A stretch of 64,000 nucleotides of DNA from Myxococcales bacterium (GTDB lineage: Bacteria > Myxococcota_A > UBA9042), in contig JBBISH010000003.1 in the NCBI GenBank assembly GCA_037441385.1, positions 47,192 to 111,191 on the forward strand, given 5' to 3'. Shown here piece by piece: positions 18,846 to 29,421 of this stretch. The notes under the pieces are model-generated. The model did no database searches, was not told the DNA's origin, and saw only the letters and a list, made by a program, of their open reading frames with translations. Position 1 is the stretch's first letter. The number at the start of each line of letters is the position of its first letter. The position numbers were made by a program, and so were the translations under genes.

Positions 18846-20045
18846 CTAGCCAAACGCCGCTTTGAGCGCGCCCTCGATGTCGGCCATCTGATCATCCACG
18901 TGCTCGATGCCCACGCTCAGGCGCACCAGCCGGTCGTCGATGCCGATCTCGGCGCGGCGCTCGGGCGGGATCGACGCGTGGGTCATGATGCCGGGGTGCT
19001 CGATCAGCGACTCGACGCCGCCAAGGGACTCGGCCAGCGTGAACACGCGCGTCGCGCTGAGGAATTTGCGGGCGTGCTCGACGTTGCCGTCCAAGTAGGC
19101 GGTGATCATGCCGCCGCCGGCGCGCATTTGCTTTTGCACCAGGGCCCGCTGCGGGTGCGAGTCCAGGCCCGGATAGACGACCTGGGCCACCCGCGGGTGC
19201 TGCTCCAACCACTTGGCGATCGTCAGGGCGTTCTGGCAGTGGCGCTCCATGCGCAGGCCCAGGGTCTTCAGGCCGCGGAGCGTGAGCCACGAGTCGAACG
19301 GGCCCGGCGTGCCGCCGTTGGCGTTCTGCAAGAAGGCGATGCGGTTGGCCAGGTCCTCGTCCTTGACGATCGCCGCGCCGCCCACCACGTCGCTGTGGCC
19401 GCCGATGTACTTGGTGGTCGAGTGCGTGACGATGTCGGCGCCGAGCTCGAGCGGACGCTGCAAGTATGGCGTCGCAAAGGTGTTGTCCACCACCACCAGG
19501 ACGCCGCGGGCATGGGCGCGCCGGCACAGCTCGCCGATGTCGACCACCTTGAGCATCGGATTGGTCGGCGTCTCGATCCACAGCAGCTTGGTCCGCTCTT
19601 CCACCACCGCGTCAAAGGCGGCCGGGTCGCGCAAGTCCGCGTAGCTGAAGCGCACACCGTGGCGACGCCAGACCTTGTCGAACTGACGGAACGTGCCGCC
19701 GTACATGTCGTCCATCGCCACCACGTGGTCGCCGGCGTCCAGCAGCGCGATCAAGGCGTGGGTCGCGGCCAGGCCCGACGAAAAGCACATCGCCCGTGTA
19801 CCGCCCTCCAGGCTCGCCAACGCCGCCTGCAGCGCATCGCGGGTCGGGTTGCTGGTGCGCGAGTACTCGTGGCCCAGGTGCTGGCCCGGCGAGGGCTGGG
19901 CAAACGTAGAGGTTTGGTAAATCGGCACCACCACCGCCCCGGTCAGCCCCTCGGGGTCCTGGCCGGCGTGGATGGCGCGCGTCTCGAAGTGGGCGTGGCT
20001 CCAGTCGTGCTTGGGCGCGGCCGGGGTCGAGAATTCTGCAGACAT
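18846..20045 (-). CDS. Cystathionine gamma-synthase/gamma-lyase family PLP enzyme (Cys/Met metabolism)
   Basis: Has …TRAIHAGQ… and …YDL…, and PLP-Lys context …HSTTKYIGGHSD…. Confidence 0.9.
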   Translation of the reverse strand: MSAEFSTPAAPKHDWSHAHFETRAIHAGQDPEGLTGAVVVPIYQTSTFAQPSPGQHLGHEYSRTSNPTRDALQAALASLEGGTRAMCFSSGLAATHALIALLDAGDHVVAMDDMYGGTFRQFDKVWRRHGVRFSYADLRDPAAFDAVVEERTKLLWIETPTNPMLKVVDIGELCRRAHARGVLVVVDNTFATPYLQRPLELGADIVTHSTTKYIGGHSDVVGGAAIVKDEDLANRIAFLQNANGGTPGPFDSWLTLRGLKTLGLRMERHCQNALTIAKWLEQHPRVAQVVYPGLDSHPQRALVQKQMRAGGGMITAYLDGNVEHARKFLSATRVFTLAESLGGVESLIEHPGIMTHASIPPERRAEIGIDDRLVRLSVGIEHVDDQMADIEGALKAAFG

Positions 20046-20062
20046 TTTGCTACCTCTTGGTT

Positions 20063-21004
20063 TCAGCCGTTGGGATGCTCGGCGTACCAGGCGATCGCCC
20101 GCCGCAGCCCTTCGGCAAATTTCACGGGCGCGGTGTAGCCCAGGTCGCGCTGCGCCGCGCTGATGTCGGCCAGGCTGTCGCGGATATCGCCCGCGCGCGC
20201 CGACATGAACATCGGCTCGATCGACGTACCCAGCAACTGGTTGATGGTATTGACCAGATCCAGCAGCGACACGCGCTCATGGCACGCGACGTTGTAGACG
20301 TTGCCCGGCGCCGCCGGCGCGGTCATCGCCAGCAGGTTGGCCTGCACCACGTTGTCGATGTAGGCAAAATCGCGGGTCTGCCCACCGTCGCCGAACACCG
20401 TGGGCTGCTTGCCGGCCTGCATCCACGTCACAAAGCGCGGGATCACGGCGGCGTACTCGTTTTCGGGCGACTGGCGCGGCCCAAAAACGTTGAAGTAGCG
20501 CAGGGCTACGCACTCCAGGCCGTAGCAGCGGGTCCACACTTTGCAGTAGTGCTCGCCCATCAGCTTCTGCGCACCGTACGGGCTCAGCGGGTCGGGCGCC
20601 ATGGTCTCGACTTTGGGCAAAACCGGCGTTTCGCCATACGCCGCCGAGGACGCCGCGAAATTGACGCGCTTGACGCCAGCCTGCCGCGCTGCCTGCAGCA
20701 CATTCAGCGTGCCGCCGATGTTGACGGCATGGCTCGTCTCGGGGTCTTCCACCGAGCGCGCCACGCTGGGCAAGGCCGCTTGGTGCAAGACGTTGTCTGC
20801 GCCAGCAAACACCTTGTCGAGCAGAGCGCGATCGCGGATGTCGCCCTCGATGATCTCAATATCCTGGGCAATATCCGCCAGATTGACCCGGCGCCCCGTC
20901 GAGAAATTGTCGACGACGCGCACCTTGTCACCGCGCTGCAGGAGCGCGTGGGCCAAATTCGAGCCGATGAAGCCTGCCCCGCCGGTGATGACGACCGTGG
21001 CCAT
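20063..21004 (-). CDS. NAD-dependent nucleotide-sugar epimerase/dehydratase (GalE/WbpP-like)
   Basis: Rossmann motif VVITGGAGFIGSNL and catalytic YxxxK region (…YGAQKLMGE…); short-chain SDR-extended fold. Confidence 0.9.
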   Translation of the reverse strand: MATVVITGGAGFIGSNLAHALLQRGDKVRVVDNFSTGRRVNLADIAQDIEIIEGDIRDRALLDKVFAGADNVLHQAALPSVARSVEDPETSHAVNIGGTLNVLQAARQAGVKRVNFAASSAAYGETPVLPKVETMAPDPLSPYGAQKLMGEHYCKVWTRCYGLECVALRYFNVFGPRQSPENEYAAVIPRFVTWMQAGKQPTVFGDGGQTRDFAYIDNVVQANLLAMTAPAAPGNVYNVACHERVSLLDLVNTINQLLGTSIEPMFMSARAGDIRDSLADISAAQRDLGYTAPVKFAEGLRRAIAWYAEHPNG

Positions 21005-21036
21005 AGCTGCTCCAAATTATGTGATTTTTTGAGAAC

Positions 21037-22284
21037 TTACTGATTCATACCGTCGAGGAACTGCTGATTCGTCTCGTACTTGCGAATCTTGTCCAGCAGG
21101 AATTCCATCGAGTCGATCACGTTCAGCGGGTGTAGCAACTGGCGGAGCAGCCACACACGGTTCAGGGTCCGCTCGTCGAACAGCAGATCTTCCTTGCGGG
21201 TGCCGGACTTGTTGATGTCCAAGCAGGGGAAGATGCGCTTCTCCATCAGCTTGCGATCCAGGTGGATTTCGCAGTTGCCGGTGCCCTTGAACTCTTCGAA
21301 GATCACTTCGTCCATGCGCGAGCCGGTGTCGATCAGCGCGGTACCGATGATCGTCAGCGAGCCGCCCTCTTCGATGTTGCGCGCGGCGCCAAAGAAGCGC
21401 TTGGGCTTGTGCAGCGCGTTGGAGTCCACACCGCCCGACAGGATCTTGCCGCTGGGCGGAACCACGGTGTTGTAGGCGCGCGCCAGGCGGGTGATCGAGT
21501 CGAGCAGGATCACCACGTCGCGGCCGTGTTCGACCAGGCGCTTGGCCTTTTCGATCACCATCTCGGCCACTTGCACGTGACGGCTGGCGGGCTCGTCAAA
21601 CGTCGAGCTGACCACTTCGCCCTGAACGGTGCGCTGCATGTCCGTCACTTCTTCCGGACGCTCGTCGATCAGCAGCACGATCAGGTAGATCTCTTTGTGG
21701 TTGGTGGCGATGGCGTGCGCCAGCTCCTGCAGCAGCACCGTCTTGCCGGTGCGCGGCGGGGCGACGATCAGCGTGCGCTGGCCCTTGCCCTGCGGGCACA
21801 TCAGGTCGACGATGCGCGTCGTGAAGCTTTTGGGGTGGTATTCCAGGCGCATGCGCTCGCTAGGGTACAGCGGCGTCAGGTTGTCGAACAGGATCTTGTT
21901 CTTGGCAACCTCGGGATCTTCGAAGTTGATCTCATCGACCTTGAGCAGCGCGAAGTAGCGCTCGCCTTCGCGGGGCGGCCGAATCTCGCCGCGGACCGTG
22001 TCGCCATTGCGCAGGCCAAAGCGGCGGATCTGGCTGGGCGAGACGTAGATGTCGTCGCTGCCCGGGAAGTAGTTGTAATCCGGCGAGCGCAGGAAGCCGT
22101 AGCCGTCGGGCAGGACTTGCAGCACGCCTTCGGAGTAGATCGCGCCTTCGCGGTTGGTCTGCGCCGTGAGCAGGCTGAAGATCAGGTCCTGGCGGTGCAT
22201 GCTGGCGGCGTCTTCGATGCCGAATTCATTGGCCATTCCAACGAGTTCGGCCATTTTCATATGCTTGAGATCAATCAGATTCAT
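21037..22284 (-). CDS. rho: Transcription termination factor Rho
   Basis: Rho N-terminal domain, CSD-like RNA-binding domain and P-loop (…[12 protein letters not shown]…), Q and R loops. It is preceded by a leader of about 320 nt, as is typical for rho. Confidence 0.97.
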   Translation of the reverse strand: MNLIDLKHMKMAELVGMANEFGIEDAASMHRQDLIFSLLTAQTNREGAIYSEGVLQVLPDGYGFLRSPDYNYFPGSDDIYVSPSQIRRFGLRNGDTVRGEIRPPREGERYFALLKVDEINFEDPEVAKNKILFDNLTPLYPSERMRLEYHPKSFTTRIVDLMCPQGKGQRTLIVAPPRTGKTVLLQELAHAIATNHKEIYLIVLLIDERPEEVTDMQRTVQGEVVSSTFDEPASRHVQVAEMVIEKAKRLVEHGRDVVILLDSITRLARAYNTVVPPSGKILSGGVDSNALHKPKRFFGAARNIEEGGSLTIIGTALIDTGSRMDEVIFEEFKGTGNCEIHLDRKLMEKRIFPCLDINKSGTRKEDLLFDERTLNRVWLLRQLLHPLNVIDSMEFLLDKIRKYETNQQFLDGMNQ

Positions 22285-22801
22285 AGTTCACCAAAGGCGG
22301 TTGCGGCAGGACGGCTGGCAGGCTTGAGCCAAGCAGGAACGCGGGCGAGTCGCCAGGGCCGCGGGGAAATTCCGCCGGGGAAGGGCAGTGGGGCGAGTTG
22401 GGAGAAGCAGCTAAGTAACGGGAACGAGGGGGCAACTGGGCGCCAGGCGCCAGCTACGATCGACCGTGGTTCTTGGGGCGGACTCGAGGTCAACCGCCGG
22501 GCGGCCAAGCTCGAAACCCCTGGACCTGCGGGTGACGGTGGGCGAAGCATAAGAGTGGCGGCCCGGCCTGTCAAGGCGCCAACTTGGAAGGCATACACTT
22601 TGTCGTTTGGGGCGCCTGCGCTACAGTGCAGGGGCGGGTGAGCGCCCGCGACGGCGGACCATGGCCACGCCCGCAGCCGAAAATGCACACCAGCGCCTGC
22701 GGGTTTCGTGGCGCATGCCTGCGCGGCAAGTCTACAAAAAAACTACTGATCCGCTGCTCGTCGAGCGGCACCGCGCCTTGGCTGGGGCCCGGCGGCGGCG
22801 C

Positions 22802-24034
22802 ATGGGCTTTTGGCGCAGCCTGGGCCGGTCCAACCGACTGTTCCCGCGAAAATTGGTGGTGACCCGCGAAGGCAAATGGATCATCGGCATCGCGATCTTG
22901 CTGGGCGCCGCCGCCGTCAACACCGGCAACAACCTGCTGTACCTGGTCTTGTCGCTGACGATCAGCGTGATCGCGGTGTCGGGCATGCTCAGCGAGTGGT
23001 GCTTGCGCGACCTGGAGCTGCGCCGCCACTACCCGCGCGAGCTGGTCCACGGCGAGGCGAGCGTCCTGCGCATCCAAGTGCACAACGACAAACCACGCGC
23101 GGCGCTGCATCTCGAGGTGGGCGAGGTGCTGGACGGCGAGCCCGACGTGCAGGTGCGCGACGGCTTTGTGCTGCACTTGGCCGGCGGCGAGGTGGGCCAG
23201 GCTTTTGGGGCGATTCGGCCGCTGCGGCGCGGACCGGTGGCAACCGCGGGGATCCAGTTGGCCACCTCGTATCCCTTTGGTTTCGCCCGCAAAGCGCGCA
23301 TTTTTGACGACCCGGCCGAGTTCTTGGTGCTGCCCCAGGTGGCGCCGATGGGACCCGAGTGGCGCGGCTCGCTGGACCGCGGCAGCAGTGAACTGTCACG
23401 CAAGATCGGCCAAGGCGACAATTTTGCCGGGCTGCGCGACGCCCGCCCCGGCGATGCCTTGCGCGACATCTATTGGAAGGCCTCGGCCCGCCGCGGCCGG
23501 CTGATGGCCCGCGAATGGCAGGCCGAAGCGGCCCGCGTCGCGCTGGTGCGCTTTGTGCACGTGGCCCCGGGCAGCGACGATCATCCGCGGGCGCTCGACG
23601 CCGGCTGCGCGCGCGTGGCGGGCCTTTGCCACGCCCTGCTGCAAGCCGGTTTTGCGGTGGGCTTGCAGACGCTGGACGGCTGCGTGGCCCCGGCCGCCGA
23701 TCCCACCGGCCAAGGTGAGCCCCTGCACGATATCCGCCGTACTTTGGCGCAGTTGCTGCCTGCGGATCGCCCACCACCGCCCGAATGGCCGCTGGCCGAC
23801 GACGACTGGGTCGACAAGGTGCGCCTGGCCAAGCAACGGGCGGCTGCCATTTCTCAAGGGCAGGCACTCACTTGGGCACCCGTGGCGGTGCAAGGGCCGG
23901 CCGAGGTCTACCTGGTTCGCTATGTCAGCCGCCAAGACGTGGCCGTCGCCGGCGGGTTCGATGCGCAAGTGCTACTAGACGCCGACGGCAGCGTGGCGGG
24001 CATCGAGCGGCCAGCCGTGCGGGGTGCCGCATGA
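22802..24034 (+). CDS. DUF58 domain protein (MoxR-system-associated)
   Basis: Start MGFWRS…. Has the characteristic membrane hairpin AAVNTGNNLLYLVLSLTISVIAVSG and the DUF58 core with …DNFAGLRDARPGDALRDIYWKASAR…. Confidence 0.75.
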   Translation: MGFWRSLGRSNRLFPRKLVVTREGKWIIGIAILLGAAAVNTGNNLLYLVLSLTISVIAVSGMLSEWCLRDLELRRHYPRELVHGEASVLRIQVHNDKPRAALHLEVGEVLDGEPDVQVRDGFVLHLAGGEVGQAFGAIRPLRRGPVATAGIQLATSYPFGFARKARIFDDPAEFLVLPQVAPMGPEWRGSLDRGSSELSRKIGQGDNFAGLRDARPGDALRDIYWKASARRGRLMAREWQAEAARVALVRFVHVAPGSDDHPRALDAGCARVAGLCHALLQAGFAVGLQTLDGCVAPAADPTGQGEPLHDIRRTLAQLLPADRPPPPEWPLADDDWVDKVRLAKQRAAAISQGQALTWAPVAVQGPAEVYLVRYVSRQDVAVAGGFDAQVLLDADGSVAGIERPAVRGAA

Positions 24035-26370
24035 GCCGGACGGCCAATTGGGATGTGCACAAGACGTTCCAAGCCGTCTCGTATGGTCTGGTAGCGGCTG
24101 CGTTTTTGCCAATCGCGCTGTCAGGCGAGGTCGGCCAGGTCGCCCCGCTGGCCTTTGCGATCGCCGCCATCGCGTCGCTGTTTCGCGATCCGCGCAGCAG
24201 CCCGCCGCGGCCCCAGACCGCGCGCTTGTGGACCGCGGTGGTGCTGGTGGCCTTTGCCGTGCTGGTCACTTGGTCGCTGCAGGACGGCAATTGGCTGTTG
24301 CACGCCCTGGAATTCGCGCTGCTGCTGACCGCGAGCCGGCTTTTTCAACGAAGATTTGCCAAGGATCACCTACAGTTGCTTGGTCTGTCCTTCATCTTGC
24401 TGCTGGTAGCGGCGATCGTGCAGCCCGGTCCGCTGTTCGCCTTGTGTTTCCTGGCCTTTGCGGTGCTGGTCATGTGGGGCCTGAGCCTGCTGCACCTCAC
24501 CCGGCAAATCGAGGTACAGACCGAGACGGGCCCCGAGCACTTGCTGCCCCCCGAGCCGCCTGGGCGCCGCTGGCTGGGTCTGCTGCCGCCCAAACCCGTG
24601 CCGGCTCCAGTGGTTTGGCCCGAATTGCCCGTGCACGCCTCGACCGTGCAGTGGCGATCGCGGCGGCTGCTGGGTCCGCGCTATTTCGCCGTCACGACGC
24701 TGCTCAGCTTGGCGGTGCTGGCCGGTTCGGCGCTGTTCTTCTTCCTGTTTCCGCGCCTGGGCATGGGCTTCTTCTTCGCCCAGACGCGCGCGCCCAAAAG
24801 CGTCATCGGCTTCTCGACCGACGCACAGCTGGGCCAGTTTGGCGCGCTCAAGAACAATGCCGAAGTGGTAGCGCGGGTGACGTTCCCCAACAATCCCGAA
24901 CGATTGCAGCAAAGTTTGCGCTTGCGCGGCGTCAGTTTCGACACGTTTGCCGGCAACGGCTGGACGCGACCGCAAGACGAGCCGTGGCCCCTGCGCGGCA
25001 ACGCGGGGGTCATCCGCGTGCCCCGCGTTGACGAGCCAGATCCCCAGCGCGAGATCAGTTGGCGCGCCGAACTGTACCTAGAGCCGCTGGATCGCCAGCA
25101 GCGCGTGCTGTTCGTGCCGCCGCAGACTTGGGCGGTCGAGCTGCTTGACACGCGCTTTGACTACCTGCGCGGCCGCAAAAAGTCGGTGCTGCGGGCCCAG
25201 AACGGCGATCTGACCTATCAGGCGCCCCCCGATACGGCGCTGCACTACGCGGTCCAGGTCAAAGAAGTTACGGATATCGTGACGGAAGCCCAAGAGTTGC
25301 GCCAGGCCTCGACCCAGATGCCCGCCGAGTTGCGCGATCGCTACACGCAGTTGCCCCCCGACTTGGACCCGCGCATTGCCAAGCTAGCGGCTGAATTGGC
25401 TGGGCAGTCGCCCACTTGGTTCGATCAGGCCTACGCCATCGAGCGCGGCCTGCGCGCAGGTTGGACCTACTCGCTGGCAGGCGACCAAGACGCCCAAGCG
25501 CCGCTCGCGGACTTCCTGTTCGGCAAAAAGCACGGCCATTGCGAGTTCTTTGCCACAGCGATGGTGCTGCTCTTGCGCACGCGCGGGATTCCAGCGCGCG
25601 AGGTCCACGGCTTCGCGGGCGGCACGATCAACCCGATCGGCAACTATCGGATGGTGCGGCAGGGCGACGCCCACGCCTGGGTCGAGGTCTACTTCCCCAA
25701 GATCGGCTGGCGCACCTTCGATCCCACCCCGCCCTCGGGCCAGGTGGCGCCGCCCGACGAAGGGCTGGGCCAGCAGCTACGGCAACTGGCCGACAGTGCA
25801 AGCCTTTTGTGGTACCAGTGGGTGGTCGAGTACGACCTGGACCGGCAGGTCGAGATGCTGCGTTCGTTGGGCGGCCTGCTGAAAAACTTGCGCGGCGACC
25901 GCAGCATGGCCAAGTGGCTGGGCCAAGGCGGCACTACTCAAGAGCAATCCGACGAGCCGCGCTCGCAATTCGACCTGCCCTGGTGGATCTGGCCCGCGCT
26001 GGGAGCGGCGGCGGCCGTGGCGGTGTTTTGGTGGTGGCGTCGCGGCCGCGCCGGCTTGGACGGCTCCCATCTGGATCCAGCCGTGGATCGCGGCGCTCAC
26101 CAACTGCAATTGGCCTTGGCGCGGCAAGGGTGGCAGCGCCTTCCGCACGAAACATGGCATGGTGTCGCGCAGCGTCTCGCGGACGAGGCGAGCCAACTCA
26201 GTGCCGTGCTTGGCCAATTCGCAGACGTCTACGATCGCGCCCGCTATTCGGACGAGGGTGTGCAGCCCCACCGCCGTACCCTGATCGCGCTGACCCAGCA
26301 GGCTGTGGCCGAGGCTCTGCGCCTGGACCGCGAGCGGCGCCGCCACCCCAACCTTTCTGGGCAGCCATGA
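24031..26370 (+). CDS. Transglutaminase-domain membrane protein (TgpA-like, DUF3488 + TGase core)
   Basis: ATGA overlap with DUF58. N-terminal multi-TM region; TGase catalytic core …GKKHGHCEFFATAMVLLLRTRGIPAREV…DAHAWVEVYF…. Confidence 0.8.
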   Translation: MSRTANWDVHKTFQAVSYGLVAAAFLPIALSGEVGQVAPLAFAIAAIASLFRDPRSSPPRPQTARLWTAVVLVAFAVLVTWSLQDGNWLLHALEFALLLTASRLFQRRFAKDHLQLLGLSFILLLVAAIVQPGPLFALCFLAFAVLVMWGLSLLHLTRQIEVQTETGPEHLLPPEPPGRRWLGLLPPKPVPAPVVWPELPVHASTVQWRSRRLLGPRYFAVTTLLSLAVLAGSALFFFLFPRLGMGFFFAQTRAPKSVIGFSTDAQLGQFGALKNNAEVVARVTFPNNPERLQQSLRLRGVSFDTFAGNGWTRPQDEPWPLRGNAGVIRVPRVDEPDPQREISWRAELYLEPLDRQQRVLFVPPQTWAVELLDTRFDYLRGRKKSVLRAQNGDLTYQAPPDTALHYAVQVKEVTDIVTEAQELRQASTQMPAELRDRYTQLPPDLDPRIAKLAAELAGQSPTWFDQAYAIERGLRAGWTYSLAGDQDAQAPLADFLFGKKHGHCEFFATAMVLLLRTRGIPAREVHGFAGGTINPIGNYRMVRQGDAHAWVEVYFPKIGWRTFDPTPPSGQVAPPDEGLGQQLRQLADSASLLWYQWVVEYDLDRQVEMLRSLGGLLKNLRGDRSMAKWLGQGGTTQEQSDEPRSQFDLPWWIWPALGAAAAVAVFWWWRRGRAGLDGSHLDPAVDRGAHQLQLALARQGWQRLPHETWHGVAQRLADEASQLSAVLGQFADVYDRARYSDEGVQPHRRTLIALTQQAVAEALRLDRERRRHPNLSGQP

Positions 26371-27218
26371 GCCATGCGGACTTGCGCGATTTGAGCGGCG
26401 CGGAGGGCCCGGGCCTGTGGCGGCTGCCGTTGCCGTCGCCCACCCTGCCGCCGGCCACCGCCACCAACCACTACCTGGTCGGCGACGATCGCGCTGTGCT
26501 GGTGGATCCGGCCACACCTGGCTCGCAAGCCCAGGCCAGGCTTGGCGATTGGCTGAAGCTGGCCCGCGCGGCCGGCGTCCAAGTTGTGGCGCAGCTGCTA
26601 ACTCACCACCACCGCGATCACATCGGCGCCGCCGAATTCGTTCGCGATTCGTTCCAGCTGCCGATTTGGGCCCACCGCGCCACTGCCGAACGGCTGGCCG
26701 ACCGGCTGCGCGTCGATACTTGGATCGAGGAGGGAGCCACTGTGGCCCACAACCGCGACGGCTCGCCGTGGCAGGCGCTGCACACGCCGGGACACGCTCC
26801 GGGCCATCTCGCGCTGTGGCACGCGGCCTCGCGGCAGGCCGTGGTGGGCGACCTGGTGGCCGGTCAAGGCACGATCCTCATCGATCCCAGCGACGGCCAC
26901 ATGGGCCAGTACCTGGCAAGCCTGCAGCGGGTGGCTGACTTGCAGCCTCGCTCGCTGGCCCCAGCCCACGGGCCAGTACAACTCCAAGCTGCGGAGCTGC
27001 TCGCCCACTACCGCCGGCATCGCCTGGCGCGCGAAGGTGCCGTGCTGCAAGCTCTTTCGTCCACGCCGCAGGCCCCAGCCGATCTCTTGCCGGTAGCCTA
27101 CGCCGATGTGCCGCGGACTACCTGGCCGCTGGCGCTGCGTTCGCTGACGACACACCTGATCCACCTGCAAGAGCAGGGGCTGGCCCTGTCCAGTGCGGCG
27201 GGCTGGCAACGGATTTGA
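26367..27218 (+). CDS. MBL-fold metallo-hydrolase
   Basis: ATGA overlap with tgpA. HxHxDH motif (LTHHHRDHIG) with downstream His (…TPGHAPGHL…). Confidence 0.8.
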   Translation: MSHADLRDLSGAEGPGLWRLPLPSPTLPPATATNHYLVGDDRAVLVDPATPGSQAQARLGDWLKLARAAGVQVVAQLLTHHHRDHIGAAEFVRDSFQLPIWAHRATAERLADRLRVDTWIEEGATVAHNRDGSPWQALHTPGHAPGHLALWHAASRQAVVGDLVAGQGTILIDPSDGHMGQYLASLQRVADLQPRSLAPAHGPVQLQAAELLAHYRRHRLAREGAVLQALSSTPQAPADLLPVAYADVPRTTWPLALRSLTTHLIHLQEQGLALSSAAGWQRI

Positions 27219-27227
27219 CTCGGCGCG

Positions 27228-28865
27228 CTACTTGTGCGAGTGGGGCTTGCCAAGCGTCCCCTGCATGAGCATGACATGGGCGCGGTAGCGGCCCACTTCG
27301 GCCGCCCGGCCCGGCCGCTCCGGCACGACCGAGGTGATCCCCGCGGTCCACACCACCAAGAACACCGCGGTGGCACCCCAACTCCGCCAGCGCGGGGCGA
27401 CCACGCTACCGTCCGGGTTGGGCAGTCGCAGCACCGCGATCCACAAGCCCGCGATCATGGCCAAAAACACCACAAAGCTCGCCGTGGCGGGCAGCCCCAG
27501 CCACTGCCCCACGCTGGGCGAAAACGCCTGCTGAAGCAGCAGCGGCACCACAAGCTCTAGCACTGGCCGCTCTAACTGGGCAAAGTGGTACGGGAACGTG
27601 GCCACCGTGGGCACATGCAGCAACACCGCCAGACCCAGCGCCGCCCACAAGCCCGCCCGCAGCCACCACTTCAACGGAGCCTCCAGCGCGATGGCCAGGC
27701 CCCAGCCCAGCAGCGGTACGATGGGGAGCAAATGCCGTGGCCCGGCACAGTCGCCGGCCGGCCAGTCGGCAAAACCCGACACGAACAGCGCGTAGCCGCC
27801 CGACAGCAGCAACGCCGCCAGCGCGTCCAGCCGCTGACCTGCCGGCGCGTGCGGCGACGCGGCCCGCCACCCCAGTGCGACGGCCGCCGCCGCCAGCCAC
27901 GGGGCGTGGTAGAACAGCCCGCGTCGCGCCGACAAGAGCAGCCCGACCAGCGCGTCGGCCTGCGGCGGCCGGAAACCCAAGAAGCCCGTGTCCATGATGG
28001 CCTTGAGCTGCTGGTCCCCTTTGTACTGGTAGGTGAACCGCAGCGGATGCCCAAGAACCCATTGATTGTAGCCAAGTTGCAGCACAACGCCGGCAACAAG
28101 GCCGCCCCAGATCGGCCACGTCGCGGCAAGCCGCCCCGGCACGTCCCACGCGCGCCAGCCCTGCCCGGCTGCCGGCAAGGGTAGACACCGCAGCCATGCG
28201 TACAGGGCAACCCCGGCGGCCAGCACAAAGACGGGGGTGTCGGTCAGTCCTCCCAGCGCCAGCGCGCCGCCCGCCGCCAGCCCCAAACGCCTTTGCGGCC
28301 GACCGTCGCTGGCCGCCACCCCAAAGAACGCCACCGCCACCGCCGCCGCCGCCAGCGCGTGGCCAAAGAACAGCGACGCATACACGACCAGCGGGCTTGC
28401 GGTCGCCAGCGCGACGGCGGTCAGGGCGACGGACCGCGGCGCGAGCCCAAGGGTCGCCAGGTAGCGCGCCAACGCGTACAGCGCCAGGAGCAGCGGCAAG
28501 ACCATCGTGGCCAGGGTGGCCAGATAGCCGAATTTCCATAGCCCGTCCGTGTCCACATCGGGCTGCAGCGCCCGCAAGGGCAGGTACAGGGGCAGCGCCA
28601 GCAGCGACGCACCCGGCGCCTTGTCCATGTAGACGTGACCGCCATATTCGCTGCGGTCCACAGGAGTTGCACCGTGACGGGCGACCACTGTGTCCAGCTC
28701 GGGCCGCCCCGTCTCAACCACGGCCTGCACAAAGTACAAGCGCATCGCCTCGTTGGCGGTCTGCAGGTAGGGCCAATGGTGACAGTACCAGGCCCACACC
28801 AAGGCGACCACCCACAGCAGCCCAGAAGGCAGTGGGCGGCTTGTTGGGTTGGCGGCGGTCGACAT
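27228..28865 (-). CDS. Polytopic membrane glycosyltransferase (GT39/GT83 PMT/ArnT-like)
   Basis: At least 10 predicted TM helices; the N-terminal loop has a DKAPG motif reminiscent of the DKPP/DE motif of PMT_2 family enzymes. Confidence 0.55.
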   Translation of the reverse strand: MSTAANPTSRPLPSGLLWVVALVWAWYCHHWPYLQTANEAMRLYFVQAVVETGRPELDTVVARHGATPVDRSEYGGHVYMDKAPGASLLALPLYLPLRALQPDVDTDGLWKFGYLATLATMVLPLLLALYALARYLATLGLAPRSVALTAVALATASPLVVYASLFFGHALAAAAVAVAFFGVAASDGRPQRRLGLAAGGALALGGLTDTPVFVLAAGVALYAWLRCLPLPAAGQGWRAWDVPGRLAATWPIWGGLVAGVVLQLGYNQWVLGHPLRFTYQYKGDQQLKAIMDTGFLGFRPPQADALVGLLLSARRGLFYHAPWLAAAAVALGWRAASPHAPAGQRLDALAALLLSGGYALFVSGFADWPAGDCAGPRHLLPIVPLLGWGLAIALEAPLKWWLRAGLWAALGLAVLLHVPTVATFPYHFAQLERPVLELVVPLLLQQAFSPSVGQWLGLPATASFVVFLAMIAGLWIAVLRLPNPDGSVVAPRWRSWGATAVFLVVWTAGITSVVPERPGRAAEVGRYRAHVMLMQGTLGKPHSHK

Positions 28866-28921
28866 GCGGCCAAGCTAGCGCGGCCGACCAAAAAACGCGA
28901 GAGGCTCGTCGCTCGCTGGCC

Positions 28922-29056
28922 CTGATTCGGAATCCGTCTAGTTCGGCTCGAAAACTCCGGCAATTCTGCCGGCCCGAACCGGGGTCCCCGCCTGATTCTC
29001 GCCGGTTGCAGACCGGGTCAGAGAAGCCGTACCTGCGCGAATCAGGTGGGGTTCGT
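28922..29056 (+). repeat. Copy 1 of a ~135-nt structured intergenic element (identical 26-nt core ACCGGGGTCCCCGCCTGATTCTCGCC at 28978-29003)
   Basis: About 75-80% identical to the second copy at 29869-30000 (by eye). Contains the palindrome-like CCGGGGTCCCCGC and a long-range inverted repeat CCTGATTC…GAATCAGG. Confidence 0.6.
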
Positions 29057-29421
29057 ATGACTGGCGCGACACGTCAGCGTTGCAAGAGGCGTGGGGCTGG
29101 GGTAGAGTAACCAAGCTGTGCGCGCCGGGGCGAGGGCAACGCCTTGGATTTCGTGCGCCGAACCTTGGTTTCTTTGGCCATCTGCCCAACCCGCGGCCAC
29201 TCCGCCAGCACTTGGCGAAAGGTACGTCGGCGCAGGGCATGGCGGTCGGAGATCGGTCGGCGGAGAGAGAGAGAGGAGAGCGGAAGAGAAATCATCGGAA
29301 AGGGAAGCGTGCCATGAGGCGGGCCAGTACCCGTAGTGACCTCGGCACCGCGCGCAGTCAACCAGCGCAGAACTCGCAAGCTCAGCCAACGCTTGCCAGC
29401 AAGTCCAACAACGGAGACGCA

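Noticed and set aside
18381-20138. 585-aa + strand ORF
   Set aside because: It is antisense to the well-supported MetB/MetC-family PLP enzyme gene, has an Arg/Ala-rich composition, and has no motifs.
28978-29046. Resemblance of the repeated element to tmRNA 5' end (CUGAUUCU) or to guanidine-III/ykkC-III riboswitch (ACCGGGUCAG / CCGUACC)
   Set aside because: Only short shared words are present. The order and spacing of the conserved blocks do not match either consensus as I recall them. No confident known-family assignment is possible without cmsearch.
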